A DNA stretch of 64,000 nucleotides from Abditibacterium sp. (lineage in GTDB: Bacteria; Armatimonadota; Abditibacteriia; Abditibacteriales; Abditibacteriaceae). Positions 29,201 through 38,564 of this stretch are shown piece by piece. The stretch spans positions 1,600,001 through 1,664,000 of the forward strand of contig CBDASK010000003.1 in the NCBI GenBank assembly GCA_965199495.1. Direction: 5' to 3'. Both the position numbers and the translations under genes were made by a program. The notes under the pieces were generated by a model, which saw only the letters and a list, made by a program, of their open reading frames with translations, ran no database searches and had not been told where the DNA came from. Numbering within the stretch: the first letter of the stretch is position 1; every line of letters starts with the position of its first letter.

Positions 29201-29464
29201 GCCTTGCAGCACTTCGACCTCCAGTCCTACTGTGACGCTAAACGGGGACGAAACATAGGCAAAGCAGCCCTCGGTATCGAGTTCGCAAATCAGATCGAAA
29301 CTCGAATCGGCCAGCGCACGATAACGCTCCGCTTTGGCCCGGCTGTTGGCCTGAGCATCAGAACAAGGGAGCGCGGAAGCCGAGTGAGATAAGGGCGCGA
29401 ACTCAACTGAAGAAGGCGGGTGAATCGCGTGGTCTGCGGTCTGCGAACGTTCGGGAGATTCCAT
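26228..29464 (-). CDS. PAS/GAF-containing diguanylate cyclase/phosphodiesterase (GGDEF-EAL)
   Basis: HDPLTELPNR, ARFGGDEF, TEALVRW, LELEITE and DDFGTGYSSL. Confidence 0.95.
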   Translation of the reverse strand: MESPERSQTADHAIHPPSSVEFAPLSHSASALPCSDAQANSRAKAERYRALADSSFDLICELDTEGCFAYVSSPFSVTVGLEVEVLQGTSFFDNVPDEDLGAVIAEYTAALVGMRVGRIEHRFGLGNGAYHWFESVLRGIGTGEERRVVVVSREITARRRHQIELETLISLAKNIHSKNELSAIASAVWEHLHPLLPVTALLLVLPGAGRGDALDVVGHRADGAFRQIITRATSPHCPLWETLEREEIWLDNARSGDAGFDFPIRSLLSVPLHVEDLKQGALFFAAAKPFVWTQEHAHLCLMAGEQAAVAVRGVRLLQGAREAETRYRGLVNDVDGIVWEADASTRRPTFVSQPIEQWLGYPASQWLADHRLWLRVVHPDDRRRVHAQLLANADSTEPWQCEFRAIAKDKRAFWLRVLVTPETRQIVERGENGESVTRTQLVRLRGLAVDITERARHLEAIVRSNAILAATQEASTDGICLVNAQGNAVSLNTRFAEMWHIPPALVEELRARRQLMACVLSLMCQPEEFVEKMNLLRQNPTSSSRDEIRLRDGRIFERTSAPARATPAALSPIARELSARANQKSEGEAAQVPCFGRVWTFSDITERKRYEEQLEHRAFHDPLTELPNRSLFMNRVEQGLARLDRRGKALAILFFDLDRFKVVNDTMGHEKGDALLQEIGKRLFETLRPGDTAARFGGDEFTLLLEDLNGIDDARAITERLIEALSAPIFLDGREFEITASIGVAMSFSRHDRASDLLRNADIAMYRAKNKGKARYEIFDVKMSAVALSRLQLEIELRQAVKWEQLRLDYQPLIDLNSNRIIGTEALVRWQHPDKGLISPTDFIPIAEESGMILSIGQWVLREACQQAKKWQNQFPSLWPLKMSVNMSARQFQSTDIVQIVADILEETELPAFCLELEITETAVMEDTDSTIVVLEKLRELGVKLAIDDFGTGYSSLAYIERFPIDSLKIDRSFVQTMGKVTRNGKAKKERSVIMQAVQTLGQGLGIEITAEGIETSEQLGELREMGCAIGQGYFFAQPLSAPQLTDLLRENTEIKKEQKLRVRAPVQNELHELASKK

Positions 29465-29677
29465 GAGGAAATAGCGGCGACGCCCGGCGGACGGGCGAAA
29501 AACATCAGGCGCGTCGCGCCAGCTCCGCGCGGTGATTGCGAAATTCTACATCGGGATAATCTTGCAGTTTCATCGAAAAACTGGTGGAGTGACAAGTCAC
29601 GAGATAAGGAATAGCGGCTAAACCCCACTCTTTGCAAAATACCGGTAAAGCGCCGTTTTCCAAGAGTATAAACGCGT

Positions 29678-31384
29678 CTACTTTCCGATCAACTGCATGA
29701 TGCTGGGCAGCAGATTTTCCGGTTTATCGTCTTTCTTCATCACGCCGGTGGCTCCGACTTCGGTCATGCGAATTTGAGCCTCAACCTCCGATTGCGACGA
29801 GAACAGGATCACTGGAACGTTATGTCCATAATTCATGCCACGAATTAAACGCGTGGCATCCCAACCGTTCAGGCCGGGCATTTCAGCGTTCATAATTACG
29901 GCGTCAAAACGTTCGTCGCGCACCGCTTCGACGGCTTCGATGCCATCGTAAACCGTGCGCACCGAATGTCCCTGCGACGCGAAAATCAGCCGCGTCACTT
30001 CGCGCGCTTCGGCGTTGTTGTCCGCGACCAAAATGCGGCGCGGCAAACATTGCTCTTCGCGCGTCAAAGCATAGCGCGGCGGATGATCGAGCGTCGAAAG
30101 CACGAGTTCCTGTTTTTCCAACGCGTGCAAAACCGTCATCACGCGCAAAAGCGGCATCGAATCTACTTCGGCGATGCCGCGCGCCGACATTTCGCCATAT
30201 TCGGCCAACAGCGCATAAACCGCGCGCTCGTCGGGCATCAGGCTTTCCATCAACGGTCCCAGCATCACCACACGTTGCAAGCCCGCCAATTTTTTCAGGC
30301 GCGGCTCGACGACGCCTTCGATGAGCGTGCCCGCCGCGACCGGCGTAATCGGCCCGACGCGCGAGTGCGCGCCGACCTGCACGCCCGCACCGATGTCGCA
30401 GCCCTCGCCCACGACCGAAAGCGCCTCAACGGTGGTTTCGCGGCCCAGACGCGAACGAGCCGCCACAACGCACTCGGTCAGGCGAACTTTGGCGCCCAGC
30501 GTGACTTGATCGTAAACCACCGATTTGGAAATGTGCGAATTTTCGCCGATGAAACAATTGGCGCCGATGACCACGCCGGGGCCGAGCGTGCAGCCACCGC
30601 CGATCTTGGTGCCCGCGCCAATCACATAAGGCGGCAGCAGCATCGTATCGTCGGGAATATGCACGTCGGGCGCCACGTCGGCGCGCCCGGCAATCGAGTG
30701 CATATTGCCCTCGATATAATTGCCCACGCGGCCAATGTCCACCCAGAACCCGTTGATTTCCCACGCGTAAAACTGCTGATTTTCTTCCATCAATTTGGGA
30801 AACAGTTGGCGCGCGAAATCGTAAGTCGAACCAAGGGGAACATCGGCGAACGCCGATTTTTTCAAGATATAAATGCCCGAACTCGCCAGATTGGAGTAAG
30901 CATCTTCGGGCCGTGGCTTCTCTTGAAAGCGCAGGATGCGCCCGTCTGCGCCGACATCGCAAATGCCGAATTCGCGCGTATCGGCGACTTTCATCGTCGC
31001 GATGGTCACGTCGGCGCTTTTGTCGCGATGCGCCGCCAAAAACGCGGCATAATCGATGTCAACGACGGCGTCGCCCTGCACCACTATGAACTCGTCCTGC
31101 AACATCTCCATGATGTTGCGAATGCAACCGGCAGTGCCCAGCGGTTTGTCTTCTTTGACGCACTTAACAGGAATCGGCAAGTTCAACTGACTGAGATTTT
31201 CGTCAATCAATTCGGCCAGATAGTTGGTGGTGATAATTACTTCGTCGCAACCCGCCAGCGCCAACGCGTCCACGATGCGCGCCAGAGCCGGACGCCCGGC
31301 GATGGGCAGCATCGGTTTGGGTAGCGTGTAAGTCAGGGGCCGCAAGCGCGTGCCCATGCCTCCGGCTAAAATAATGGCTTGCAT
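29678..31384 (-). CDS. NDP-sugar pyrophosphorylase (mannose-1-P guanylyltransferase-like) with LbH repeats, fused to a wHTH and a C-terminal receiver-like domain
   Basis: AIILAGGMGTRLRPLT...PKPMLP, EDKPLGTAG, RFQEKP, WVDIG, hexapeptide repeats, C-terminal REC fold. Confidence 0.85.
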   Translation of the reverse strand: MQAIILAGGMGTRLRPLTYTLPKPMLPIAGRPALARIVDALALAGCDEVIITTNYLAELIDENLSQLNLPIPVKCVKEDKPLGTAGCIRNIMEMLQDEFIVVQGDAVVDIDYAAFLAAHRDKSADVTIATMKVADTREFGICDVGADGRILRFQEKPRPEDAYSNLASSGIYILKKSAFADVPLGSTYDFARQLFPKLMEENQQFYAWEINGFWVDIGRVGNYIEGNMHSIAGRADVAPDVHIPDDTMLLPPYVIGAGTKIGGGCTLGPGVVIGANCFIGENSHISKSVVYDQVTLGAKVRLTECVVAARSRLGRETTVEALSVVGEGCDIGAGVQVGAHSRVGPITPVAAGTLIEGVVEPRLKKLAGLQRVVMLGPLMESLMPDERAVYALLAEYGEMSARGIAEVDSMPLLRVMTVLHALEKQELVLSTLDHPPRYALTREEQCLPRRILVADNNAEAREVTRLIFASQGHSVRTVYDGIEAVEAVRDERFDAVIMNAEMPGLNGWDATRLIRGMNYGHNVPVILFSSQSEVEAQIRMTEVGATGVMKKDDKPENLLPSIMQLIGK

Positions 31385-31410
31385 AAATTTTGCTCCGAAA
31401 TTTTCTCTCT

Positions 31411-32010
31411 TTAATTATTCAACGCGAACCAGAACGGCACGCCGAACGCCAATTCCAATGCCAATGCAATAAAAAATCCGGCGGACAGTCCGACGCCCCA
31501 CGGCACGAATTTTTTGGTCACCGTCGGGCGCGGCGCATCGGGCGCACTACGCGTCATCAGGGCGATGGCGAAATAATTTTTGAGGTTTTGCCCGACGCCC
31601 TGAAGTTCGTTGCGGCGCAGCAGCCACGGCAACGAGATGAGGGCGAAAGCGACGGCGCCATACAAAAAACCGAACGTGCAAAACGCCCAGCCTTTGAGCG
31701 CGCCGACGCCGCCCAAAAGTTTGACATCGCCCGCCTTGGCCACGCCCAGCATCATCGGAATCCATTGAATTCCCAACCCGATAAACAGGCCCAACAACGA
31801 CCACCCTAAACCGTTGACGCCGCCAAAAATTCCGTTGAGCAACAAGCCAATTCCCATCGTCGGAAACGTGACTTTATTATAAATTTTGTGCTTCGTGCCA
31901 TCGGTATAAGCGCAAATCGCCAGAAAAACCGCCAGCACCAAATTGGTGAGCAGAATCCCGATGGATGAAACGCCGATGGACGCGGCGGAAAAGTGGGACA
32001 AAAACGACAT
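31411..32010 (-). CDS. cpaA: A24 prepilin peptidase (CpaA/TadV-like)
   Basis: AYTD...KIYN, AGDVKLL and VPWGVGL motifs; multi-TM. Confidence 0.8.
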   Translation of the reverse strand: MSFLSHFSAASIGVSSIGILLTNLVLAVFLAICAYTDGTKHKIYNKVTFPTMGIGLLLNGIFGGVNGLGWSLLGLFIGLGIQWIPMMLGVAKAGDVKLLGGVGALKGWAFCTFGFLYGAVAFALISLPWLLRRNELQGVGQNLKNYFAIALMTRSAPDAPRPTVTKKFVPWGVGLSAGFFIALALELAFGVPFWFALNN

Positions 32011-32103
32011 TCGTTGAAGGTTTATGGAAAGAATTTGGCCTTTTGCCAAAACCTTTTGATTCAAGCAGTTTTACAGAATCGCACGATTCTATAAACTTAA
32101 TCC

Positions 32104-33105
32104 ATGACGCAACTTCGCTTGTTCATCGTCGGCCTTTCGGTCTGTGGCGCCGCATTTCTGGCGCGCCATTCCACATCCGCCGCCCCGACAATTTTGCCGC
32201 CCGGTGCATCCAGCGCGCCGATTCGGCTGGCGCAGGCTCCAAGGACAATATTTCCTAAAATTACGGTGCCGCCGCAAGCCACTAACACATCCGTCTCTTA
32301 CGCGACGCCGTTTCAACTCGACCTTCACGGCGATAACTACCGATTCGACCATCGTGATTTCAACAGGAGGCCAAACGGGGAATTGCCGTTGACGATACGT
32401 TCCGCGCAAGCTCGCTTCATCGAACTTTATGTGAACGTGACGCAGGGAGCGGGCAAAACGCCCGTGCGAGATGTGCCGTTGCGGTGGCGTGCGAGCGGCG
32501 GAAAATTTCAAGAAGCGGTTTTTAATTCTTCAAGCGGCAAAAACGCGACGATTAGCGAGGTCAAAAGCAACGCCTACGGATATACGCCCGCGCAGTGGGT
32601 GCCAGACAAACAGGGACGTTTTTTGGTTTGGATCGAGGTTTTGCGACCCGATGGCAGCGTTTTTCAAAGCTCGAAGAAAATCGCGGTTGTGGTGCGCGCC
32701 GCGCAGTGGAAAACCAAAGTTATGACGGGACAATGGAGCGAAACGCGCGGGCAAACCAACGTTTACCAGCGACCGGTTTATCTGTTCTGGGAACTCGACG
32801 ACCCCGGCCAACTCAAGCGCATCGAAGCGGTGCCGGTGGCTGCTTCGGTCGCCTTGCCCGATGGCACGCCCGTCGCCGCCAACGTTTCGTGGTTCGACAA
32901 ACAAACGGCGTCATCGTTGGGTTTGCCCAGAGAAGGTCAAAACAATACGTCGTTGCAATCGAACTTGACGCAGTTTGTGCGTTACGAGCCGACGAATGCG
33001 CCCGTCGAAGACCTGAACGCCTTTACCGTGCAGGGCAAGCTGGCTGCGCCGCTCTCGGCTCAGTTGCAGCAGACCATGAACGCCGAAGAAGCCAGTGGAT
33101 TATAA
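32104..33105 (+). CDS. Hypothetical secreted protein (Ig-like, beta-rich)
   Basis: Signal peptide and genome-typical codon use; no recognisable catalytic motif. Confidence 0.65.
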   Translation: MTQLRLFIVGLSVCGAAFLARHSTSAAPTILPPGASSAPIRLAQAPRTIFPKITVPPQATNTSVSYATPFQLDLHGDNYRFDHRDFNRRPNGELPLTIRSAQARFIELYVNVTQGAGKTPVRDVPLRWRASGGKFQEAVFNSSSGKNATISEVKSNAYGYTPAQWVPDKQGRFLVWIEVLRPDGSVFQSSKKIAVVVRAAQWKTKVMTGQWSETRGQTNVYQRPVYLFWELDDPGQLKRIEAVPVAASVALPDGTPVAANVSWFDKQTASSLGLPREGQNNTSLQSNLTQFVRYEPTNAPVEDLNAFTVQGKLAAPLSAQLQQTMNAEEASGL

Positions 33106-33107
33106 CC

Positions 33108-34232
33108 ATGAAACACGTTTCGAGGCGAATTTTAGGTCGCGAACTTCTGCTGCTGATGTCACCGTTGTTGGCGGTGGGCGCGGTCGCATTTTTCTTCTGG
33201 TGGCGCGCACAAAGCGGCCCGCGCTTGCTGGAAACGCCGACGCCGGTTTCCAAAGTCTGGTTTCTGCCCGACAATCGCATCTTCGCCATCGGCTCGTCTG
33301 CGGTGAAAGGCAACACCAACGTGCCCACGCAACTTTATGTGTGGGACGCGCGTTCGGGCCAACTTTTAATCAGTCGAATGCACGATGTTCAAACCAGAGA
33401 TTCGTCGCTTTCGCCCGACGAAAAATTGTGGGTCTACAGCGTGGCTGCTCCCGCGACGGGCGCCGTCGTCGGCATGGAAGTGCGCAACGTGCGCGATTTT
33501 TCTCTGGTGCTGAAATCTCCCCTCACGCTTTCGTTAATCAACTGGAACGACGAGCGCGAATTGGAAGGTTATAATTCCAAAACCCGAAAATTCGAGCGCT
33601 ACTTCATAGACGAGAAAAATCATCGTTTTAATTACGTGGGATCGAATATGAAAAGCAAAGAGTGGCCGAAATCTTCGCCCGATGGGAAATGGAAAGTCGA
33701 ACGCGAATTTGGCCAAGAACACCGGTTCGATTATGACGATATTCGCTATTCCAACACACAGAATGTCTACTTTTATAAAAGGGAAATGATTTTTCGTCCG
33801 AGCAATCCTCAACTTAAAATTCGCCGAACATCGGGCAATTGGAACGCGACGCGTTGCACGCGCGATAGCCAAACGTTTCTGGGTATTGTCAATCTGCGGC
33901 CCTCCGAAATTAAGCGCGACGACATCGTGCGGTTCGATGCAGCCACCGGCACTTTTTCCAGCGTTCGATTGCAAAGCACCGATTACAACGATTGGTTCGA
34001 TGCGGAGTTTTCATCAGACGGGCGTTTTTTGGTGAGTTCGCGCGAACGGGGCCAAATCTGGGAAGTCTGGGACGCGCGTTCGGGCCAGCTTTTGCGCAGC
34101 GTGGGCAAAGCCGTAGATAAACCCGATTGGCTCGCCGACTATACGCCGCGCCTGTCGCCCGACGGCAAATTTTGGGTTCGCCCCACGCAACGCGGCGTCG
34201 AACTGTGGGACTTGGCGAAATTGGCGAATTGA
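33108..34232 (+). CDS. Membrane-anchored WD40-like beta-propeller protein
   Basis: ATG at 33108, N-terminal TM, VWDARSGQLL occurring twice, and SPDG/SSDG turns. Confidence 0.7.
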   Translation: MKHVSRRILGRELLLLMSPLLAVGAVAFFFWWRAQSGPRLLETPTPVSKVWFLPDNRIFAIGSSAVKGNTNVPTQLYVWDARSGQLLISRMHDVQTRDSSLSPDEKLWVYSVAAPATGAVVGMEVRNVRDFSLVLKSPLTLSLINWNDERELEGYNSKTRKFERYFIDEKNHRFNYVGSNMKSKEWPKSSPDGKWKVEREFGQEHRFDYDDIRYSNTQNVYFYKREMIFRPSNPQLKIRRTSGNWNATRCTRDSQTFLGIVNLRPSEIKRDDIVRFDAATGTFSSVRLQSTDYNDWFDAEFSSDGRFLVSSRERGQIWEVWDARSGQLLRSVGKAVDKPDWLADYTPRLSPDGKFWVRPTQRGVELWDLAKLAN

Positions 34233-34240
34233 AACCAAAT

Positions 34241-35809
34241 TTAATTCGCGCGCCGCAGCACACCGAGCGCGAAAATCATCGCGCCGCCGCACAGCGCCAT
34301 CAATAATAGACAAAGTGCCGCTACGTCTGAAGCGATGCCCGCGTGCAAAAAGTTAAAAATCGGAATCGGTAAGGTATCGCCGCCCGGCCCGTGAACCAAA
34401 ACCGTGACCGTGAGTTCGCCCGCGCTCCACGCCCAAACCAAACCCCACGCTCCGGCGATGGCGCCGCGAAGTAGCGGCAACGCGATATGAGCAGCCACGC
34501 GCAACGGCGAGGCGCCCAGATTGGCGGCGGCCCATAACGATTCGGCGGGCAAGCGCGCCGTTGCGCCCCACAGAATTGCGATGGCGAGCGGCAAAAAACG
34601 CGCGCAATCGCCCCAAATTGTCATGCCGTAGGCGCTGTCATAAAGCGCGCCGGTCAATGGGCGATTGAACGCCTCGATTAAAGCCACGCCGATGACGACC
34701 GACGCCCACAAGCCCGGCGCGAGCGTCAAAGCCAAGGCGACATTGCGCACGCGCGAGGGCCAACTGCGCCACGACAGACAGAGCGCCAATGCCAGCGCCG
34801 CGCAAATCGTCGCGGACAATGTAGCGACGATGAGCGTGTTCCACAGCGCGTCGGTATTGGCGCCGAGGGTATCGGCAATGGAGCGCGCGTCTTCTAATTC
34901 GCTCGCGAATCGCCACCCCAAAAAGCCGGGCGAAATCAGAAATAACGGCGCCCAAACGATCAAACTTCGCGAACGCGCCGCGTTGGGTTCGCTGGCGGGC
35001 GCGCTCCACTGTGTGGCGATGCGCAGCGCGGGCCACAAAAAAAAGAGCGCCATCAACGGCACCGGCCACGCCGTCAAAGCCGCGCGCAAATTCGGGTCGC
35101 CCAAAGCGGTTGGGCTGTTGAGTTGGCGATAAATCTCGCTCGAAATCGTCGGATACGACAACAAATCGGGCGCGCCCATTTCCCACAAACAAAGCGCGCC
35201 TACCACGCCTGCGCTCGCCACAATCGCGGGCCAAATGCGACGGCCCAGCACGCCGCTCCACGCTTGAATTGAATTGCATAACGCGCGCGCGGCCTCTTCT
35301 TCTTCGCGCGGCAAAGCGGCCAACGCCGCCGCCGTCGCGAAAGCCACGACCGGGAAATAAACCAACGAAAGCGCGAGCGCGCACGCCCACAACGGGAAGC
35401 GATCCGGCCCGCCGAGGGAGAAAAACGGAGCCGCCGCCAACACCGCCGGAATGCCAAGCGGCAGCGCCGTCAGGGCCGCGAACAAAGCGCGAGGACGGCG
35501 CGGCCCGCGCGCGATGAGAAAACCCAACGGCACGCCGAGCAACGTCGCGGCGCACGCGGTCAAAACGCTTAAAACGAACGACGATGCGGCCAACCGAAAG
35601 ACCAGCGCGTTGAAAACCAGCGCGCGCGCATCGGGCACCCACAGGGCGTGCGCGTAGAGCAAGAGTAGCGGCGCCCACAGAGCGACAATAGCAGCGCCGC
35701 ACAGCGTAAGCGCGAGGCGCGAAGGGCGTCGAATCACGCGTTTTAGTATGGCGATTTCGCGCGTGGGTGAAACTCGATTCTGTTTCTCAGAAGTTGCGCC
35801 GTTGGCCAT
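34241..35809 (-). CDS. Fe3+/thiamine-type ABC transporter permease (two FbpB-like halves); start uncertain
   Basis: EEEAARAL and AAANLGAS EAA loops, TLPIPIF, many TM helices. The annotated ATG lies inside a repeat arm. Confidence 0.8.
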   Translation of the reverse strand: MANGATSEKQNRVSPTREIAILKRVIRRPSRLALTLCGAAIVALWAPLLLLYAHALWVPDARALVFNALVFRLAASSFVLSVLTACAATLLGVPLGFLIARGPRRPRALFAALTALPLGIPAVLAAAPFFSLGGPDRFPLWACALALSLVYFPVVAFATAAALAALPREEEEAARALCNSIQAWSGVLGRRIWPAIVASAGVVGALCLWEMGAPDLLSYPTISSEIYRQLNSPTALGDPNLRAALTAWPVPLMALFFLWPALRIATQWSAPASEPNAARSRSLIVWAPLFLISPGFLGWRFASELEDARSIADTLGANTDALWNTLIVATLSATICAALALALCLSWRSWPSRVRNVALALTLAPGLWASVVIGVALIEAFNRPLTGALYDSAYGMTIWGDCARFLPLAIAILWGATARLPAESLWAAANLGASPLRVAAHIALPLLRGAIAGAWGLVWAWSAGELTVTVLVHGPGGDTLPIPIFNFLHAGIASDVAALCLLLMALCGGAMIFALGVLRRAN

Positions 35810-35972
35810 TGTTTGTCATTTCGAGCGAAGCCGAGAAATCTTGCGGCCCCGCGCCAGAGGAAGTGATGCATGGGTCTAAATGTGAAAACCGCTCGAATTG
35901 CGCTGCCGCGCGGTCGCAAGATTTCTCGGCTTCGCTCGAAATGACAAACAATGGCCAACGGCGCAACTTCTG
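35788..35972. repeat. Palindromic REP-like element, family A'
   Basis: Inverted arms of about 60 bp; core shared with 12287-12452. Confidence 0.9.
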
Positions 35973-36023
35973 TATTATTTCCCGTCTTCCGTCTCCCAAC
36001 TTCTGTATTCTTATAATCCCAAT

Positions 36024-36824
36024 ATGTCCCGCGAAAACCAACATCAACCGCAAGCTCTGCCCAACTCCGACATCGAGGCGCCCAAATCGCAGGTCAAAGC
36101 CGCCGCGCGCAAAACAGAAGATTTCGGGTTGCTCAACCCCGCTCGCCCGACGGCGTTGCAGCAGGATTTCACCGAATCCGACACCTGGCGCGTGATGCGC
36201 ATTCAGGCCGAGTTCGTCCATTCGTTCGAGACGATGAGCCGCATCGGCCCGGCTATCGCGCTTTTTGGTTCGGCGCGTTTACAGGAAAACACGCCCTACA
36301 ACGACGCCGCCCGCGACGTGGCTGCTCGTTTGGTGCGCAACGGCTGGGCCGTGATGACCGGCGGCGGGCCGGGCATTATGCAGGCGGGCAATCGCGGCGC
36401 GCGCGAGGCCGAACAGCCGGGCGAAAAGATGTCCATCGGATTGAACATCGAACTGCCGTTTGAACAGCATCTCAACCCGTATATTGACGTTGGAATCAAT
36501 TTTCGCTACTTTTTCACGCGCAAAGTCAACTTCGTCAAATACGCGTCGGGCTTCGTCATTTTCCCCGGCGGCTTCGGCACCTTGGACGAGTTTTTCGAGT
36601 CGCTGACTTTGGTGCAAACCCACAAAATTCAAAACTTCCCGATTGTTTTGTTCGGCACCAGTTATTGGGGCGGCTTGCTCGATTGGATTCGCGAAACCTT
36701 GGTTTCGCACGGCACCATCTTGGAATCGGATTTAGATTTGATTCACCTGACTGACGACCCGGCAGAAGTCATCAGCTACATTTTCGAGAATACCCGCAAT
36801 GTGCGCAACCCATCAAGCGAATAA
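36024..36824 (+). CDS. LOG family nucleotide monophosphate nucleosidase (TIGR00730-like)
   Basis: FGSAR, TGGGPGIM, FRYFFTRK and PGGFGTLDE. Confidence 0.92.
   Translation: MSRENQHQPQALPNSDIEAPKSQVKAAARKTEDFGLLNPARPTALQQDFTESDTWRVMRIQAEFVHSFETMSRIGPAIALFGSARLQENTPYNDAARDVAARLVRNGWAVMTGGGPGIMQAGNRGAREAEQPGEKMSIGLNIELPFEQHLNPYIDVGINFRYFFTRKVNFVKYASGFVIFPGGFGTLDEFFESLTLVQTHKIQNFPIVLFGTSYWGGLLDWIRETLVSHGTILESDLDLIHLTDDPAEVISYIFENTRNVRNPSSE
36736..36824 (+). repeat. Direct repeat copy 1 (3' end of the LOG gene)
   Basis: 89 bp with 7 mismatches to 37899-37987. Confidence 0.9.
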
Positions 36825-36861
36825 AGCGAATTTATGCGATGGACTAAGTGTTGTTTCCTAT

Positions 36862-36900
36862 AATCCGTTTAAAGCCACTTCAAGCGGCTTTAAACGGATT
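36862..36900. promoter_or_regulatory. Palindrome upstream of the TA pair (operator or terminator)
   Basis: AATCCGTTTAAAGCC-N9-GGCTTTAAACGGATT. Confidence 0.5.
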
Positions 36901-36936
36901 GAAGCGGGCTGGCGATTGAAGTAAAATCTAATCGCT

Positions 36937-37269
36937 ATGGAAATGCTTTTAACCATTGAACAGGCGGCTTTGCGGTTACAACTACACCGCGACACGGTGA
37001 GAAAACAACTCAAGCGCGGCGAGTTGCGTGGCGTGAAGCGCGGGCGAGTTTGGCGCGTGCCAGAAAGCGCGCTTGGAGAAGCGGCGCCAACGCCAGCCAC
37101 GCCGCCCGTCCCGACGACGCCAGAAGCGAGGGTGGGACAACTGGACGACTTTTTAAAAAGCGTCGAAGTGCTGACGCAACGCATGGAAGCAGCGGGCTTT
37201 AAAGGGGTAAATGGAGCGGAATTAGTGCGCGAAGGACGAGAGGAAAGGGAGCGTCAAATTGGCGAGTAA
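36937..37269 (+). CDS. Excisionase-type HTH (HTH_17) protein, probable antitoxin
   Basis: LLTIEQAALRLQLHRDTVRKQLKRGELRGVKRGRVWRVP and an antitoxin-like tail ELVREGREER. Overlaps the PIN gene. Confidence 0.75.
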   Translation: MEMLLTIEQAALRLQLHRDTVRKQLKRGELRGVKRGRVWRVPESALGEAAPTPATPPVPTTPEARVGQLDDFLKSVEVLTQRMEAAGFKGVNGAELVREGREERERQIGE

Positions 37270-37783
37270 TCCAAGTTCCGATCAATTAACCGTTGCACTT
37301 GGGAGCGCTACAAGCGTCGTCATGGACGCCAGCTTAGCGATTGACGCCATTGCAGGGGAGACAGCGCGCAGGGCGCGGGCACTCCGTTTTCTCACAATAT
37401 GCAACGCGCACGGCGTGGCTCTGATTGTTCCACCAACTTTTCCCAGCGAAGCCGACACCGCAATTCGCCGGATCATCGCACGCGGACAAATGCCCGCAGC
37501 CGATATGCCGTTAATCTTTGGCATGCTCGATAAGTTGCCGCTCGCTATGGCGCTCGATGCCGCAGAGCTTGAAGCCGTCAGGCAACGCGCGCGGCAAATC
37601 GCGGAAGAGTTGGCACTGACGCCGGTTTACGATTCGACTTACGCCGCCTTGGCCGAGGCTCGCGGATGCGACTTTTGGACGGCGGACGAGAAGTTTGCCA
37701 ATGCCGCAAAACAGTTGCGACGCCAGCCGGATGGAACGATGGCGCCGACACTTTCAAACGTGCGATTTATCGGCGATTTCTAA
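37259..37783 (+). CDS. vapC: PIN-domain (VapC-like) toxin
   Basis: VVMDAS, SE, VYDSTYAALAE and FWTADEKF acidic PIN motifs. Confidence 0.8.
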   Translation: MASNPSSDQLTVALGSATSVVMDASLAIDAIAGETARRARALRFLTICNAHGVALIVPPTFPSEADTAIRRIIARGQMPAADMPLIFGMLDKLPLAMALDAAELEAVRQRARQIAEELALTPVYDSTYAALAEARGCDFWTADEKFANAAKQLRRQPDGTMAPTLSNVRFIGDF

Positions 37784-37898
37784 ATCCTAATGAGCCGAGA
37801 CATTTATCGCAACAAAACACCACGAGAAAATTGGGCAACACGATACTCGTTCGGCAAACGAAGGGCGATTAAGGTTTGTGTCCCCTGCTCTTGCGTAA

Positions 37899-37987
37899 AT
37901 TTGATTCACCTGACCGACGACTCGGCAGAAGTCATCAGCTACATTTTCGAGAACACCCGCAACGTGCGCAACCCATCGAACGAATGA
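37899..37987 (+). repeat. Direct repeat copy 2 (orphan LOG 3' end)
   Basis: Encodes LIHLTDDSAEVISYIFENTRNVRNPSNE*, against LIHLTDDPAEVISYIFENTRNVRNPSSE* in copy 1. Confidence 0.9.
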
Positions 37988-38014
37988 GGTTGCTGAGCGT
38001 GTTGGAAACTTGCG

Positions 38015-38560
38015 ATGAAACCTAATTTTAAAACTTTCGGTTGCTTTTTTCTGCTCGCGATTCTCGCTTTGTCCATCGTGTTATTTTTCACGATGGGCGA
38101 CGAATATCCTAATTACACGCGTCAAAGGCCCGCGTTCAATGACATTGTCGGCACTTGGGTTTTAACGAACGAAACGGTTCAAGAGATGAAGAGGTTGAAC
38201 GTTTATAAGTCAGCCAATACGTCAATAGAAATTAGGAGCGATGGCACATTCAAAGCTACCGATTTGCCCGCTGCCGCTTATTCTCAGAGCGGCTTCGGAT
38301 GGGGTTCTGATGGAGGTGGAGGCAAATTAGCATCTCCATCCGGCAAATGGTCATTGGGCCAAGAGAAATTCCAGCCATTTCATGATGCGGATGAAGAGGA
38401 GATAGAGGTCTGGAACTTATATCTTCCTTTCGATAATTTATCTGGTTACTTGGCACCTCAGGGCTATCCGATTTTGTTAAATCAATCGCCTCCATACATC
38501 ATCCATATTCCCTTTGGAGATGAAGATGCCAGTGAACACATTGACTTTGTAAAGCAGTAA
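38015..38560 (+). CDS. Hypothetical membrane-anchored protein, visibly AT-richer than its neighbours
   Basis: N-terminal TM, DIVGTW motif, atypical codon use. Confidence 0.65.
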   Translation: MKPNFKTFGCFFLLAILALSIVLFFTMGDEYPNYTRQRPAFNDIVGTWVLTNETVQEMKRLNVYKSANTSIEIRSDGTFKATDLPAAAYSQSGFGWGSDGGGGKLASPSGKWSLGQEKFQPFHDADEEEIEVWNLYLPFDNLSGYLAPQGYPILLNQSPPYIIHIPFGDEDASEHIDFVKQ

Positions 38561-38564
38561 ATCG

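Noticed and set aside
26228..29464. GGDEF-EAL gene as part of the retron system
   Set aside because: It is co-oriented, but a separate promoter-like element lies between it and the ncRNA array, and such signalling genes are common in this window. There is no evidence of linkage.
36736..37987. DGR template/variable repeat pair
   Set aside because: The mismatches are mostly C/T and silent rather than adenine-specific, and the pair is far from the RT.
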